Origin: Octopus bimaculoides
Taxonomy: Eukaryota
Direction of reading: 5' to 3'
Assembly: GCF_001194135.2 (NCBI RefSeq)
Contig: NC_069007.1
Coordinates: forward strand, 1,727,610 to 1,791,609
Length of the DNA stretch: 64,000 nucleotides
Part shown: one piece after another, positions 25,591 to 38,834 of the stretch
Numbering within the stretch: the first letter of the stretch is position 1
Layout: each line of letters begins with the position of its first letter
The notes under the pieces: generated by a model
The model's database searches: none
The model's input: only the letters and a program-made list of their open reading frames with translations
What the model was told of the DNA's origin: nothing
Made by a program: the position numbers and the translations under genes

Positions 25591-26326
25591 TGAACAGGGA
25601 TTCAGAAAGTGATAGGCCTATTAGAAATAGCAGCTATACCATCCTCTCTTGACGATACATCAGTTTAGATTAGGAAGTCTCGTTAGGTAAGTTAGTCATA
25701 CTCATACTTAAAAAGACAAGAAATGGCTTCTTAAATGGGTTTGGATTTGTTCATTGGAATGCTGGATCAAGTATAACCTAGGGCCAAACAACATCAGCAG
25801 AAAACAATGTTTGTTGTAAAGTTTTTATGTGATACTAAGATTAAGTTTAGGTTTAATGTGAGATAATTTTCTTACGCGGGTTAATTGCTCCGGCTCCAGG
25901 TAAGAGTCGATAGCGCTATTATCACAAACAGATCTAACTACGGTAGGTTAATTGAATCAACATGTTTAACCGAACTGCCAAACAACGAGTGCAGTCCATG
26001 CCTCATGCTTCTACAACTCAAAGGGCATTCATAAGGCTTTGCATAGAGATGCTTGTCAAAGGAACAATATCGTAGAACGGGGCCTGTGATTAATTAATTT
26101 TAGAACGAGCATATTCTCTGCATGCAATTAAAACTGGGTTTACTATTATCCTTTACCAGTAAAGATATACATTAATTACATATATGGAAGTTTAAGATTC
26201 CCTTAAATACAAATATTTTCTTCATGAACAACACCAATTTAAAATACTTCAAATTGGATGAGAGATTCTGTAGGTGTTTTATATATCTGTATACAAAATT
26301 ACTTTGTTTTGGTGGTTTGTTAATTG

Positions 26327-26378
<52 letters not shown>

Positions 26379-27029
26379 TGCATGCACAGACACACACATA
26401 CATACATTTAAACACATATGCGCATATGTGTATGTGGAGACACACACAGTCATATATGTATATATATGCAAATAGACAGTCAACACACAAACATATACAG
26501 ATGTGTAGATTGGCGTAATTCGCTATTTTATACTGCAAGAAGTATGGCTAAAAACAAACATGTTTCTCTCTATTTTTGTTTTATTTCATTTTATTTATTG
26601 TGTTTTTACTGGTTTGCTGATAAATGAGAAATTGATAGATTAACGAAAATTAAATTGCAGCTCGGTTAAAAAATAAAACGATAGTATCGTATTGAAAAAA
26701 AGAAAATAAAAGAATTCACTAATTCATCATATGATTGAAGTCAAAGTACTGTTGAATGTTTTCTCCTCAAAATATAATGAAGATATATTTCACCATTTCC
26801 TTGAAAACAGCAATTAGAATGGAATGGCTTTTATTGTTCACATTATTCAGTTTGGTAAAGCGAGGAACAGTTAGAATCATCAGAACGTCGAATACAATGT
26901 GTTGTGGTATTTAAAGCATATTATTGCCCATCTGCTTTTCTTTTAAGCACGAAATAAATCCAATTTTAGTTTTAGGTTTTGAAGAGAAAATCACATCCCA
27001 TTGCAGGAGTCAAAATTTGATCTTCCTCT

Positions 27030-27770
27030 TCAAGACAGTGACTTAGCTGAAACGTCAGCACACCAGATGAAATGCCCAGTTCCATTTGGTCTGCCTTTAC
27101 GTTTGGAATTCAAATTCCATCGTGATCGACTTAGCCTCAGGTCGATTTTACTCGAGGTGCTAATGGTCTTGCCATCTCACCAACTTTTGACAGTCTCCAA
27201 TAGTAGTGAAGCCCGTTTTAATGTAATAAATATGTCATTACATTTACGTTTGGAGTTCAAATTCCATCGTGGTCGATTTTGCCTTGTATTTTTTCGGGGT
27301 TGATATAACAACCGTTTAAGTTTATTTAATCGACTTACTCCTCCTTCGAACCTACCGAATATTTTATCTCCTCGAAGGCGGCGAGCTGGTAGAATCGTTA
27401 GCACCCCGGGCAAAATGCTTAGCGGTTTTTCGTCTGCCTTTATGTTCTGAGTTCAACTTCCGACGAGGTCGACTTTGCCTTTCATCCTTTCGGGGTCGAT
27501 TAAACACAATGGAGTCGACGTAATCTACTTAATTCCTTTGTTTGTCCTTGTGTGTCCCTTCTATGCTTAGCCCCTTTGTGGGCAATAAAGAAATAAGTAT
27601 CGTTATAACGTCGGAAAAATGCTGTGCGGTGTTTCATCAGTCTTTTCGATCTGGTGCCAAATTTCGCCAACCTAGACTCTGCCTTTCATCTACTCGGGGT
27701 GGATAAAACAATTACAGGCAGAAAACTAGAGTCAACCTAATCAGTTTAACCCCTACCAACAAACTTTCAG
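27030..27770 (+). mobile_element. SINE-B cluster: rearranged copy, long-tail copy (27377-27595), older copy remainder
   Basis: Three cores in the same orientation; long tail GGCAATAAAGAAATA abuts AGTATCGTTATAACGTCGG (head-internal sequence). Confidence 0.85.
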
Positions 27771-27813
27771 ACATTACTCCTACAATAGAAAGAATATTTG
27801 ATATCTCTTGTGA

Positions 27814-27849
<36 letters not shown>

Positions 27850-28056
27850 NNNNNNNNNNNNNNNNNNNNNNNNNNNNNNNNNNNNNNNNNNNNNNNNNNN
27901 NNNNNNNNNNNNNNNNNNNNNNNNNNNNNNNNNNNNNNNNNNNNNNNNNNNNNNNNNNNNNNNNNNNNNNNNNNNNNNNNNNNNNNNATATATAATCTCT
28001 TTCTTTCTCTCTTCCTCTCTCTTTCCATTTCGCACACAAATATAAGCCCGTTGTGC

Positions 28057-28092
<36 letters not shown>

Positions 28093-28974
28093 CTGTGCAT
28101 GTTAACCAGAAGTTCAAACCTTTGCAGAGTCACTCTCACTCTGTCTACGTAAACGTTGGAATTATAATAAGGAATACCCACTTGATCGAAGAAAGGAATC
28201 ACCATTGTCTAAAGCGTAACAAGACCAAAGTAACAGTTTAGAGAAAAAGACATTGGTTTCATATCTAGCGTGAACTAAAGATATCTTCGGTTTCTCCCAA
28301 CGATAACTGTTCTCTGAAAAGAATGTCTTTTACTTTACGCATACAAAAATAAACAACTGCTCTATATTTTGTAGGGGTGTGTGCTCGTCTCTTGATTCAT
28401 GATCTTATTACAAATATATATACTTGTAAATATATACACACACACAAGCATACATATATATCTTCATGAAACAGCTTACACTGCAGGATACTCCTTAATC
28501 ACCTATTAATTGCAAATCACAGTAAACTTCCCGACATTGTAAGCATTCTCATTAATAATGGTTACTTTCTTATTTGCACATAACAAGAATTCGCTTGCTA
28601 AGTTTATGTAGTTATTTCCACGTACTCAGCTACAGTAGTGATATACAACTGGCTGAAACCAGATGGACGTAGCTTTGTCTTTATATCCAGAATTGACTCA
28701 AGCTGCTACAAATGACTACAAACTACTTGCGTATCTCACGTACAATATTTCATGTCTCCCCGCTGTCTCCGCTTGCGACAAGTATGTGCACTACCAAAAT
28801 ATTAGGGCTATTGTAGGATATATTGGATGCAAACAATGTTGCTTCCATCTGCTATACACTTTCTGGCTGAGGGCATGCTGCAAGAGAGTATTAACTTTGG
28901 AGTTATCCTTCTTGTAGATTGATTGGTTCCACTGCAGCTCAGGAGCCAAATCTACACTTTAAAGTATGTAGTGA

Positions 28975-29130
28975 GGAGTGGCTGCGTGGTAAGTAGCTTG
29001 CTTACCAACCACATGGACCCGGGTTCAGTCCCACCGCATGACACCTTGGGCAAGTGTTTTCTACTATAGTCTCGGGCCGACCAAAACTTTGTGAGTGGAT
29101 TTGGTAGACGGAAGTTGAAACAAGACCGTC

Positions 29131-29174
<44 letters not shown>

Positions 29175-29335
29175 CTGTGTCTGTGTATGTGCAAGCGTAG
29201 TTATCTGTACATGTACGCGTACGTACGTGAATGTGTGTGTATGTGCAAGTGCGAGTGTGTACATATGTATGTGTGTGTGCGTGCGTTCGTCTTAGTGTTT
29301 TTCCTGTTTATTCTTCGACAGCTTGATAACTGGTT
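28975..29335 (+). mobile_element. SINE family A with expanded internal (TA)n(TG)n
   Basis: A-box TGGCTGCGTGG, B-box GGTTCAGTCCC (29022-29032), CCTTGGGCAAGTG, GGATTTGGTAGACGGAA, then microsatellite. Confidence 0.9.
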
Positions 29336-29509
29336 TTAATTTGCTTCCGTAAATAAAGAGGACAATTCTCTAAAAACAAAAAGACTTAAAAACAAAAATA
29401 ATTGCCGTTAACAAATAGTTTGTTTAAACCCTTCAAACGTATGCCCCAGTATGGTCGCAATCAAGTAAAAGTATAAACCCAAAACGTATATATATTTATA
29501 TTTATATAT

Positions 29510-29746
29510 ATGCGTATAAGAAGCGATGACCACTAGGTGGACATCCAATATGCTAGAAAGAGGTCATCAACGACCCAACCATAAAAGAAAAATCATGTTC
29601 TCCAGAAAAAATTCATCAAAATACCGGGGCTTAGGTATTTTGTCGATTTTTTTCTGGAGAACATGATTTTTCTTTTGTGGTTGGGTCGTTGATGACCTCT
29701 CTCTAGCATATTGGATGCCCACCTAGTGCTCATCCCTTACACGCAT
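29510..29746. repeat. Long near-perfect palindrome (about 115-bp arms, 8-nt loop), foldback MITE-like
   Basis: 29525-29625 versus reverse complement of 29634-29734: 94/101 identical; loop GGGGCTTA. Confidence 0.95.
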
Positions 29747-30872
29747 GTAATACAATTTTTCTGAATTATCAGATTTTTATATGCTAGATCACTGGTTTTA
29801 AATTGAAATTAATATTCAATTTATCACCCTCTATATATATATATATATATATATNNNNNNNNNNNNNNNNNNNNNNNNNNNNNNNNNNNNNNNNNNNNNN
29901 NNNNNNNNNNNNNNNNNNNNNNNNNNNNNNNNNNNNNNNNNNNNNNNNNNNNNNNNNNNNNNNNNNNNNNNNNNNNNNNNNNNNNNNNNNNNNNNNNNNN
30001 NNNNNNNNNNNNNNNNNNNNNNNNNNNNNNNNNNNNNNNNNNNNNNNNNNNNNNNNNNNNNNNNNNNNNNNNNNNNNNNNNNNNNNNNNNNNNNNNNNNN
30101 NNNNNNNNNNNNNNNNNNNNNNNNNNNNNNNNNNNNNNNNNNNNNNNNNNNNNNNNNNNNNNNNNNNNNNNNNNNNNNNNNNNNNNNNNNNNNNNNNNNN
30201 NNNNNNAAGGCTCAATTTAATTTTAATTTTTTATAAATTGATTTTAATTGAGTTTTTTACCTGTAATTTTGGATTTTGTCCCTAATAATATTATTATTAT
30301 ATATATATATATACAAAGGTTAGATAAATTAGACTCGTTGCAAACATACAGTTCTCTTTATGTTTTATTTATCCCTTATAAGTGATATGTTTCTCTCTCG
30401 ATCACCAACAACCAGAAAGTGTCAAAATAAAATAACACAGGAACTATCTTAACGAGGAATTATCGTAACGAAACAGCAAAAGAAATGTACCGCACTGTGT
30501 CGTGCACCGTAAGCATCTATGGAAATAATAGTTTGAGTTAGATAACTTTTAAAGATGGAAATCGTATATAAAATACAGACGGATTTTCACACCACTATCG
30601 TTGTGAAATAACTTCATTAAGATTACAACGCAAAACGAAATAACATTTTCGCACGTCAACGTAGCATGTTTTCTATTTTTGAACACTTTTATTTACGTTC
30701 GATGAGGAGGCAGTTTATTTCTGCATGTATGCACCGATGGCTATAAGTACACATACGCACACGCACTTTGTATATTTACATGCATGAATATATACATACG
30801 TACATGCATATATAAATGTGTGTGTGTATTTATATATATATGTGTGTGCTTTTGTGAGTATGTGCATATATA

Positions 30873-30937
<65 letters not shown>

Positions 30938-31284
30938 ATACATATATATGTATATATATAAGTATATATGCATATATATACATATAAATATATATACATA
31001 GACAAATGAATGTGGTGTACATATTTTTATATTATTATGTGTGTATGTGCGTGTGCCTGTGTGCGTGTGTATGTGTGTGTGCCTGTGTGCGTGTGTATGT
31101 GTTTCTTAGTGTGTTTGGATTAAAGAGGTTATAGTTTGACTTAAGCTTCCCGTAGCTTCTGCTAAATATGCTGAAGGGTGAAGCTGTAATAAAAATGAAA
31201 TAAGCCGTGGATGTATCTGATAGATTCTCCGATGTGCTGTGCTTCCCCATTAATTGAGACCTTTCAAACAAAATCTAATCACAG

Positions 31285-31745
31285 ATGGAAGTTATAATAC
31301 TGAAGATCAGGAATGATGAGGATAGCGAAGAAGACGTAACTACGATGGTAGCGGTGCTGATAATAAGGACGATTTTCATGGTGAACATTATGACAACAAC
31401 GGTGGTGTCGACGATAATGACGGTGATAATGACGATGATGACGATTACGATGAATGATGAGCGTGGTGAGGGGGAATCATGCTGATAATCTCCACGATAA
31501 TGCGGTTGAGCATGATACTATCAATGGTATTTTCTCGAAGCCTTTTCGGAACGTTGGAAATGATAACAGCAACAACAACAAAAATAATAAAAAATAATAA
31601 TGGTAATAACAACCACAATAATAATCATTATAATTATAAACAATGATAATAATAATAACAATAATGATAATAATATTAGCTAAAATAATGATAATAACAA
31701 CAATATTAAAATAATAATAATGATAAGAAGAAGTATAATATTGAA
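31285..31745. repeat. Cryptic trinucleotide tract (GAT/GAC grading to AAT/AAC)
   Basis: Seen directly; produces the T/M-rich and I/Y-rich spurious ORFs. Confidence 0.85.
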
Positions 31746-31789
31746 AGTATAATATTGAACGAAAGGCGTGTGCACACACGCCAGCTTAA

Positions 31790-32230
31790 TTTAATACGTC
31801 CTTAGTCAAAAGACACCCGTTGTTAATGTCCTGTTGTTTATATTGTGTACCATTTCTCCGATTTTTTTCCCGCCCTTGTTTTCGTATACATTTGCTGCTT
31901 TCTTCCAAGGAATCTAATGCCCTAAGCTTAGATTTTCCTTGGGACTGGCCAGATTGGACCAATATCGAAAATAACCAGCCGAAATTGCAAAGATAATCAG
32001 AAAATCGACTGAGGAAAGAAAACTCCGAATGACCTGTCCTTGTTTTCTCTTCTCCCTTTTTTGTATCATCTAACTGTCTGGATGTTTTGTTGTCGCCTGT
32101 TGCGTTCTTGTCGCATTTTTTGTATTCTTTTTTATATACATATAGCGGCGTACGTACACTTTGNNNNNNNNNNCTTGTCGCATTTTTTGTATTCTTTTTT
32201 ATATACATATAGCGGCGTACGTACACTTTG
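31790..32230 (+). mobile_element. Small Penelope-LTR-like repeat with internal hairpin
   Basis: Hairpin CCAAGGAATCTAA/TTAGATTTTCCTTGG (31905-31942), CTGAGGA..CCGAAT motif at 32009 and a T-rich tail; assignment by resemblance. Confidence 0.35.
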
Positions 32231-32259
32231 GTCTCTTATACATATACATGCACACACAT

Positions 32260-32412
32260 TTAAACGGGCATTTTCTTTCGGTTTCTGTGTACTAAAAGCA
32301 CTCACAAGAGTTTCGTAAAACACAACTGTTCTAGGGGCCAGGAAGTGGGATTGAACTTGAGACAATCTGTTTGCAAAGCAAACGTCTTACCACCCAGCCT
32401 CGCCTGCACCTA
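32260..32412 (-). mobile_element. SINE family A 5' part, degraded
   Basis: TTTCTTTCGGTTTC..CACTCACAAG..GTGGGATTGAAC..CTTACCACCCAGCC..GCCTGCACCTA. Confidence 0.65.
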
Positions 32413-34949
32413 CATAAACTTCAGAAATATTGCAGAGAAATCTAAGCTAACAAATAATTTTGTGTGATGCTCTAATGTTTCTGTTGATCTAATAATATCA
32501 TTGCGTTTGCTATGCGCATGTGAACTCAGATTTCTTTTTCTGTTGAAATGTATCTGTGTGATAGGATTATTTTACATCTAATGGAAAATTTCCAAGCTTG
32601 CAAAATGTAAGTGTTGAAGGGAAGATAAAGAAAAATGCTTGACCAAGGGATAGCAATTAGATGACATGTTTTATTAACTTGATCCATATAAAATCAGAAA
32701 TAGAAGCTCCCTACCTTGACACATTGAAGAATAAAATCGTTAAATCGGATATATTTAGGAGAGACTAAAAATAAGGTAAAACGACGAAGACTAACGTAGC
32801 AATAAAGAATGAAATAAAGGAAAATGGTTTGGTAAGTATTTCTAGGGAAGCAATTAGGACGAAATTCCTATTAACGAAAGAGGAACTGAAAATAGGAAGA
32901 ACAATACAGGGCGCGAGGCATTAAAAAAAATGGTAGTTGCTGAGTAGATTGACGGCGTCACTGCAGACGGATAATAGCTTTAAATAGTAAGCAAATGAAT
33001 GTTGAATTCAATCAGAATGGTTAATAGAATATTAGAAGATTCCATTAGTACTGATGATATAGCGCATGGGTGGCATGTAATAAACATTGCTGGGATATAC
33101 ATGTCAGGGAAATTGGGAATGATAGAAGAAGTAATTAAAGAACAGAGAAAGAAATGGTTCGAAAACCCGATAAAAATGTCTTTGAATAGATATGTAGTTT
33201 TATTAATGTGTTAGAAAAGGTAAGTAAAGAATGCAAAAAAAAAATCAAGAGGGAGGTGTAAATTACATCATACTAGCTGATCCTTGAAGTAAAATAAACA
33301 AGTCGCTGTAGTTTAAAAATAACTACTATATCAGGAACAGTACCATTTCTGGTTTTTCCTCAGTGATGCTGGTTTATTGCCTAAACAAGGAATAGTGGAA
33401 GATTTAAACAATTACTGCATTAATATAGATACAATCTTGCATGTTCATCACAGAACAGAATTGGTTATAAACAAGAGATAAACATTCTTGCTACACACGG
33501 GAATATTACTTGTAATGATGAGAAATGGAATTATTTAGTAACCGGAGAGAGGAAAATCCCCCAAATTCGCTGTCCCAAAATACAAATTATAGTTACTTGT
33601 GCTGTTATTGTTGCTGTTATCGCTGTTGTTACAGTTACTGTATAACCAAACTAAAGATCAAAGGCATTTTTAGTGATGATTATCCAATTCTATTCCTAAA
33701 TAAATTATCACAGACTAGAGTTCTTTACGCATTCTGTTTTTCACATATTGTTTATCACATAAACATCCAGATAAAATACCTGCTAACTAAATTAGTATGC
33801 GCTACTCTTGTAGTCTACTCCCAGTGCATTGCCCATCTAGGTGACCTGTAAATCAGACACAGTACAAGTAACTTTCCCAAATGTGTTCCTGCTTTTTACT
33901 ACAAAATATGACGGAACACTAGTTGCCAATTTGTAACAGTTTTCTTTTTATGTATCGATTTCTTTATGAAAGCGTAAAAAGTTCTTTTGGAAACAGAATG
34001 TCAAAACTAGATGGGATTCTAAGGCTGAAAAACCGATCTCAAACTCCATTTAGCGAAAACTGTAGATCAAGAAATCGAGAAATTCTGTATTCAAAATGAA
34101 TCATTTAATTGAGTATATGGAGATATTGTGAATGCCGAATGTGTGATAAGTTAATGCTGCATGCTTGCTTCAACAGGAGATAAGTGTAAGCTGGCAGGAT
34201 AATTATCACTATTTCGTGACTATACAAAATATGTCCATTTGTTTACGCATTCATGCGTAATCTTCGTATTATTTCTGAAATCATCTAAACTATCAGTGGA
34301 GTCCAATAAAGGGCAAACTAACGGGTGACTCATGACTTGGACGGTTCCACAGTGACAGAAATGACATGTTAATGGGGCATAGATGATCGATTAGATGCAA
34401 ATTGTATGTGGAAGGATATAGAATCGGGAGAAGAGGAATATGGAATGAAGACAAATGTCTCAATATAAATTAGTCTAAATACATGAAAATCCCCCGACAA
34501 TTTTCCATCTGATGCAAGCATAGAACGGAAAGTAGGAAATTCGAAATTGCTGTTGTCAACAATGCGAAATGACGAGATTGCAAAGTAATTGATATCGAAA
34601 TAATTGGGTGCATGAGATTTGCAACCGAAGAATATGTAAATATGGAAGCGTATAAATATCAAAAGAATTATTGAAATTTGTTCTTGCTAAAGCACATTCG
34701 ATGTATTAGCAGAACAGATAGGATCTTTCGATATAGTATCGCGTTCTAAAGGACAATTGGATCGTAATATGATTAATCAAAATTAAAACAACATTGCTAT
34801 ACTTACTAACTTGCAACACATGGTTAACTTTATGAAGAACAAAAACATTGTTAGAGATATAAATTGCCAAATATATGTTGAAGCCTATCTTTAAATTTAC
34901 TTCCAAAATGCAGTGAAAAATAAGATCAATATATATATAAATGTAAAAT

Positions 34950-34983
<34 letters not shown>

Positions 34984-35517
34984 NNNNNNNNNNNNNNNNN
35001 NNNNNNNNNNNNNNNNNNNNNNNNNNNNNNNNNNNNNNNNNNNNNNNNNNNNNNNNNNNNNNNNNNNNNNNNNNNNNNNNNNNNNNNNNNNNNNNNNNNN
35101 NNNNNNNNNNNNNNNNNNNNNNNNNNNNNNNNNNNNNNNNNNNNNNNNNNNNNNNNNNNNNNNNNNNNNNNNNNNNNNNNNNNNNNNNNNNNNNNNNNNN
35201 NNNNNNNNNNNNNNNNNNNNNNNNNNNNNNNNNNNNNNNNNNNNNNNNNNNNNNNNNNNNNNNNNNNNNNNNNNNNNNNNNNNNNNNNNNNNNNNNNNNN
35301 NNNNNNNNNNNNNNNNNNNNNNNNNNNNNNNNNNNNNNNNNNNNNNNNNNNNNNNNNNNNNNNNNNNNNNNNNNNNNNNNNNNNNNNNNNNNNNNNNNNN
35401 NNNNNNNNNNNNNNNNNNNNNNNNNNNNNNNNNNNNNNNNNNNNNNNNNNNNNNNNNNNNNNNNNNNNNNNNNNNNNNNNNNNNNNNNNNNNNNNNNNNN
35501 NNNNNNNNNNNNNNNNN

Positions 35518-35581
<64 letters not shown>

Positions 35582-36583
35582 AAATATAATACCTAGATTA
35601 CTATTCAAATCTATGTTGAAATCTATGTTAAATATATATTGAAACGTATATTCCATTATATATACAAATATATGCTGAAATGCAAATTTCAGCGTAGATT
35701 GACAATGAACAGTCAAAAGACTTGAGAGCAAAACATAACTAATTGTCTTTCGATCAATAGGGAAGAGACCGCAGATGATATTGGAAAGCTAGAAGTGACA
35801 CTTGAATTACAAATTAAGATTGTGGCATTGTTGGAAATTACGCACAATAGACCAATTCTGACGCAGATATTCGAACATTTACACACACAAACACAAACAC
35901 ACACAGACACAAATGCACCCCCCCACACACACACACGCACGCACATACACACACGTACACTTCTTAGAAAATGAATTTTCATCTCGCGACTGGAGTTTAA
36001 CGCCAGTATCATCTTCAGGCGATTGCTTGAATATCGCAGTAGCATAAAAATCGAGTAGCAAAATATATTAAAAAAACGATTTCGTGTGTGTACGTGATGC
36101 ATGAGTATGTATGTATGCATGCATGTATGTGCGTTTGTGTGAATATATGAGTGCCTTGTACGTGTGTGTGCGTGAACATCTTTTTATCTTTAATATTCTA
36201 CTTCGTCTCAAGTATTGTACGCTAACCTTACTGCGACAAGTTATGTCCGACAGATCGACCCTAGTACATAAAATCCTGTGCTTATTCTGCTGTCCCTTTT
36301 GACGAACCACTTTGTTACGGTGGTGAAAACAGACCAGCGATTGTAGCAAAGTTTGTTTTCCAATAATAACATGGCAGTCCTGATTTAGGACGAATGTTGC
36401 TGTAATTTAGTCCCAGGAGACATCGTCTCCAGCTGGCTATATGACACGATCTGTGTCCTTATATTTTCGAACAAGGGAAGTAGTAGATGCTAGCTTCCAT
36501 TGTTCACTTGCCCAAGGCACTTCACGGAATATAGGTCACTGCACAAAAAAAATATAAATATGGCCTATGTATAGATAATTTTA

Positions 36584-36625
<42 letters not shown>

Positions 36626-36627
<2 letters not shown>

Positions 36628-36792
36628 CGCAAGAGTGGCTGTGTGGTAAGAGGCTTGCTTGCTTGCTAACCACATGGGTCAGGGTTCAGTCCCACTGAGT
36701 GGCAACTTGGGTAATGCCTTCTACTATAGCGTGGAGCCGACCAGAGCCTTGTACGTGGGTTTGGTACATGAAAACGGAAAGAAGGCTGTAGT
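36626..36792 (+). mobile_element. SINE family A 5' part
   Basis: GGCGCAAGAGTGGCTGTGTGGTAAG..GGGTTCAGTCCCACTG..GCCGACCAGAGCCTTGT. Confidence 0.85.
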
Positions 36793-36794
36793 CT

Positions 36795-36975
36795 TCTTTG
36801 GACTTTTCCTATATATCTGATGAAGATCTCCGCTTGAAACGTGAAGTCCTTTGTTTTCTCTCCTTTCCCGAGCGTCCAATAACACTGTACTTATTCCACG
36901 TCCTCGCGTTGTTGTTTTTTCGTGTTTTTTCTTGCTTGTTCATGTTGTCAATGATGACAATTTACCTATCACCCC
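36795..36975 (+). mobile_element. Small Penelope-LTR-like repeat with degenerate hammerhead-like core
   Basis: CTGATGA A GATC TCC GCTT GAAAC GTG at 36817-36843; GGACTT (36800) can pair with AAGTCC (36844). Confidence 0.45.
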
Positions 36976-37036
36976 CCTATATATATATATATATGTATAT
37001 ATATTCACACAGACATACATATATGTATGTTTCTAT

Positions 37037-37116
<80 letters not shown>

Positions 37117-37314
37117 ATAATAATATTAGTATTGTGGATTTTCATCGATGAGGTCTTGAAAACTGGTTATTTTCCCTAAAACTATATATATATAAAGTGT
37201 AGTATATTGCCACTTAAGTGTGGCTGACCCCTAGGGGTGGATGTTATGCTTTATGAATGGCATTCCTACTATCGTGCAGTTACTGTTAATACTTCATTTA
37301 GAGAATTAACATTG

Positions 37315-37375
<61 letters not shown>

Positions 37376-37438
37376 CATATATATACACATATCCATAAAT
37401 ACATATATTTTTATTTTCGTATATTTATAAATCTGTAA

Positions 37439-37474
<36 letters not shown>

Positions 37475-38713
37475 AAGATATCTATATTTTTATGAAAAAT
37501 TATTCGTGAAATATTTAAACTTTATCTCGCGATACACAATTCTAGAAAACCGTGTTTATATTCTCTGAGAAAACCAGTTATAATTAATCAAAGCTCCTAA
37601 ATGAACCTGAAATCTCTAGACAGTATTACCATACGATAAAATAGTTAATAAACTTCAAGATAAAAAACCAGTGCCGTCTGTATAAAGGTGTTTGGAAATT
37701 GATTGTTATTTAGGGAAATTTAATCATAGCTGTGCCAATAATTTCATACGATAATTATAGGTCTCTCTAAAGATATTACCTAAATGAAATTGTGATTTCC
37801 TTTCAGATGTAGACAAAAGTATATAACCTTACATAATACGTACTTTATTAGCGCCTGTATTCTTCCACACATCGTTTTACAACATATTATTAGAGAGAGC
37901 TCTATGACAACTCACTGTTCCATTCAAAAATTAAATTACTTACATTCAGATATGTCAATAACACACTATTGGCCTCGAGGATTTAATATATTTTTTGGGT
38001 TTCAATAGAATTTAATTAACTTCTCAAGCTAAATAATTTTTTAAAGACAAGACAAGTATACTTGCAGGTTGAAAGTTATATTTTCTATGATAATTCTTTT
38101 TTTCGTTTGGTTATTTTTTCTTCTGAAATAATCCGACGTAATAAACAATGTCTGATTTTAATGGCTTACGTAGTTAATGACTTTTGATAGTATATTATTA
38201 TATATAATTGCAGACACGTCCCGAATTTAACTTTATCGATGATATTGCTGAAGTCTAGTTTCAAATAAGGCCTGACTAAGCAGATGCTTTATCAATGGCA
38301 TTCCTACTTTGACTTTTCACAAATGGGATATTTGGAATAAACATATCTAAAGTGTAACCGTATGCTTCCATGGTATCAACGAGTAATTTGAAGAAGATTT
38401 ATTTGATTTCTTGGAGGTCAGCCGAACCTCTTAGATGTTGGTTTGTTTTTCTTATTGTTGTCATTGTTGACATTGGCCGAGCCAATGCTCGTCTCAAAAG
38501 TAAATGACAGTTCCATGAAATTATCCCTAATTGTGGAGTAGAGCTTTGGCTGCTCTTTCTAGCGGGTCAGATGTCCTATTATAGGCATCTCTGATGTGTA
38601 TTAAATGTACACTGTATTTTAAATGAACAATATATAATCTGTTGACTAATTTTTTCTCGCTAGACCACCGGTAGTTAATTGAATTTCTAAAAAATTTTTG
38701 CTATCCTGAGATT

Positions 38714-38764
<51 letters not shown>

Positions 38765-38834
38765 TGCAAATATTTACATACCCTTGCAGGTCCATAGATT
38801 GTATCAACTGTAATGGTAAGCTCCAGAGACGTTT

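Noticed and set aside
28975-29045. tRNA gene
   Set aside because: A/B boxes are followed by SINE body, no complete cloverleaf, and many diverged copies exist.
32860-33214. Possible decayed LINE region (EALKKM..IDGVTAD)
   Set aside because: One short motif among many stops.
35729-35974. Open frame EETADDIGKLEVTLELQIKIVALLE
   Set aside because: Runs into a CA microsatellite with no donor site and no recognisable homology.
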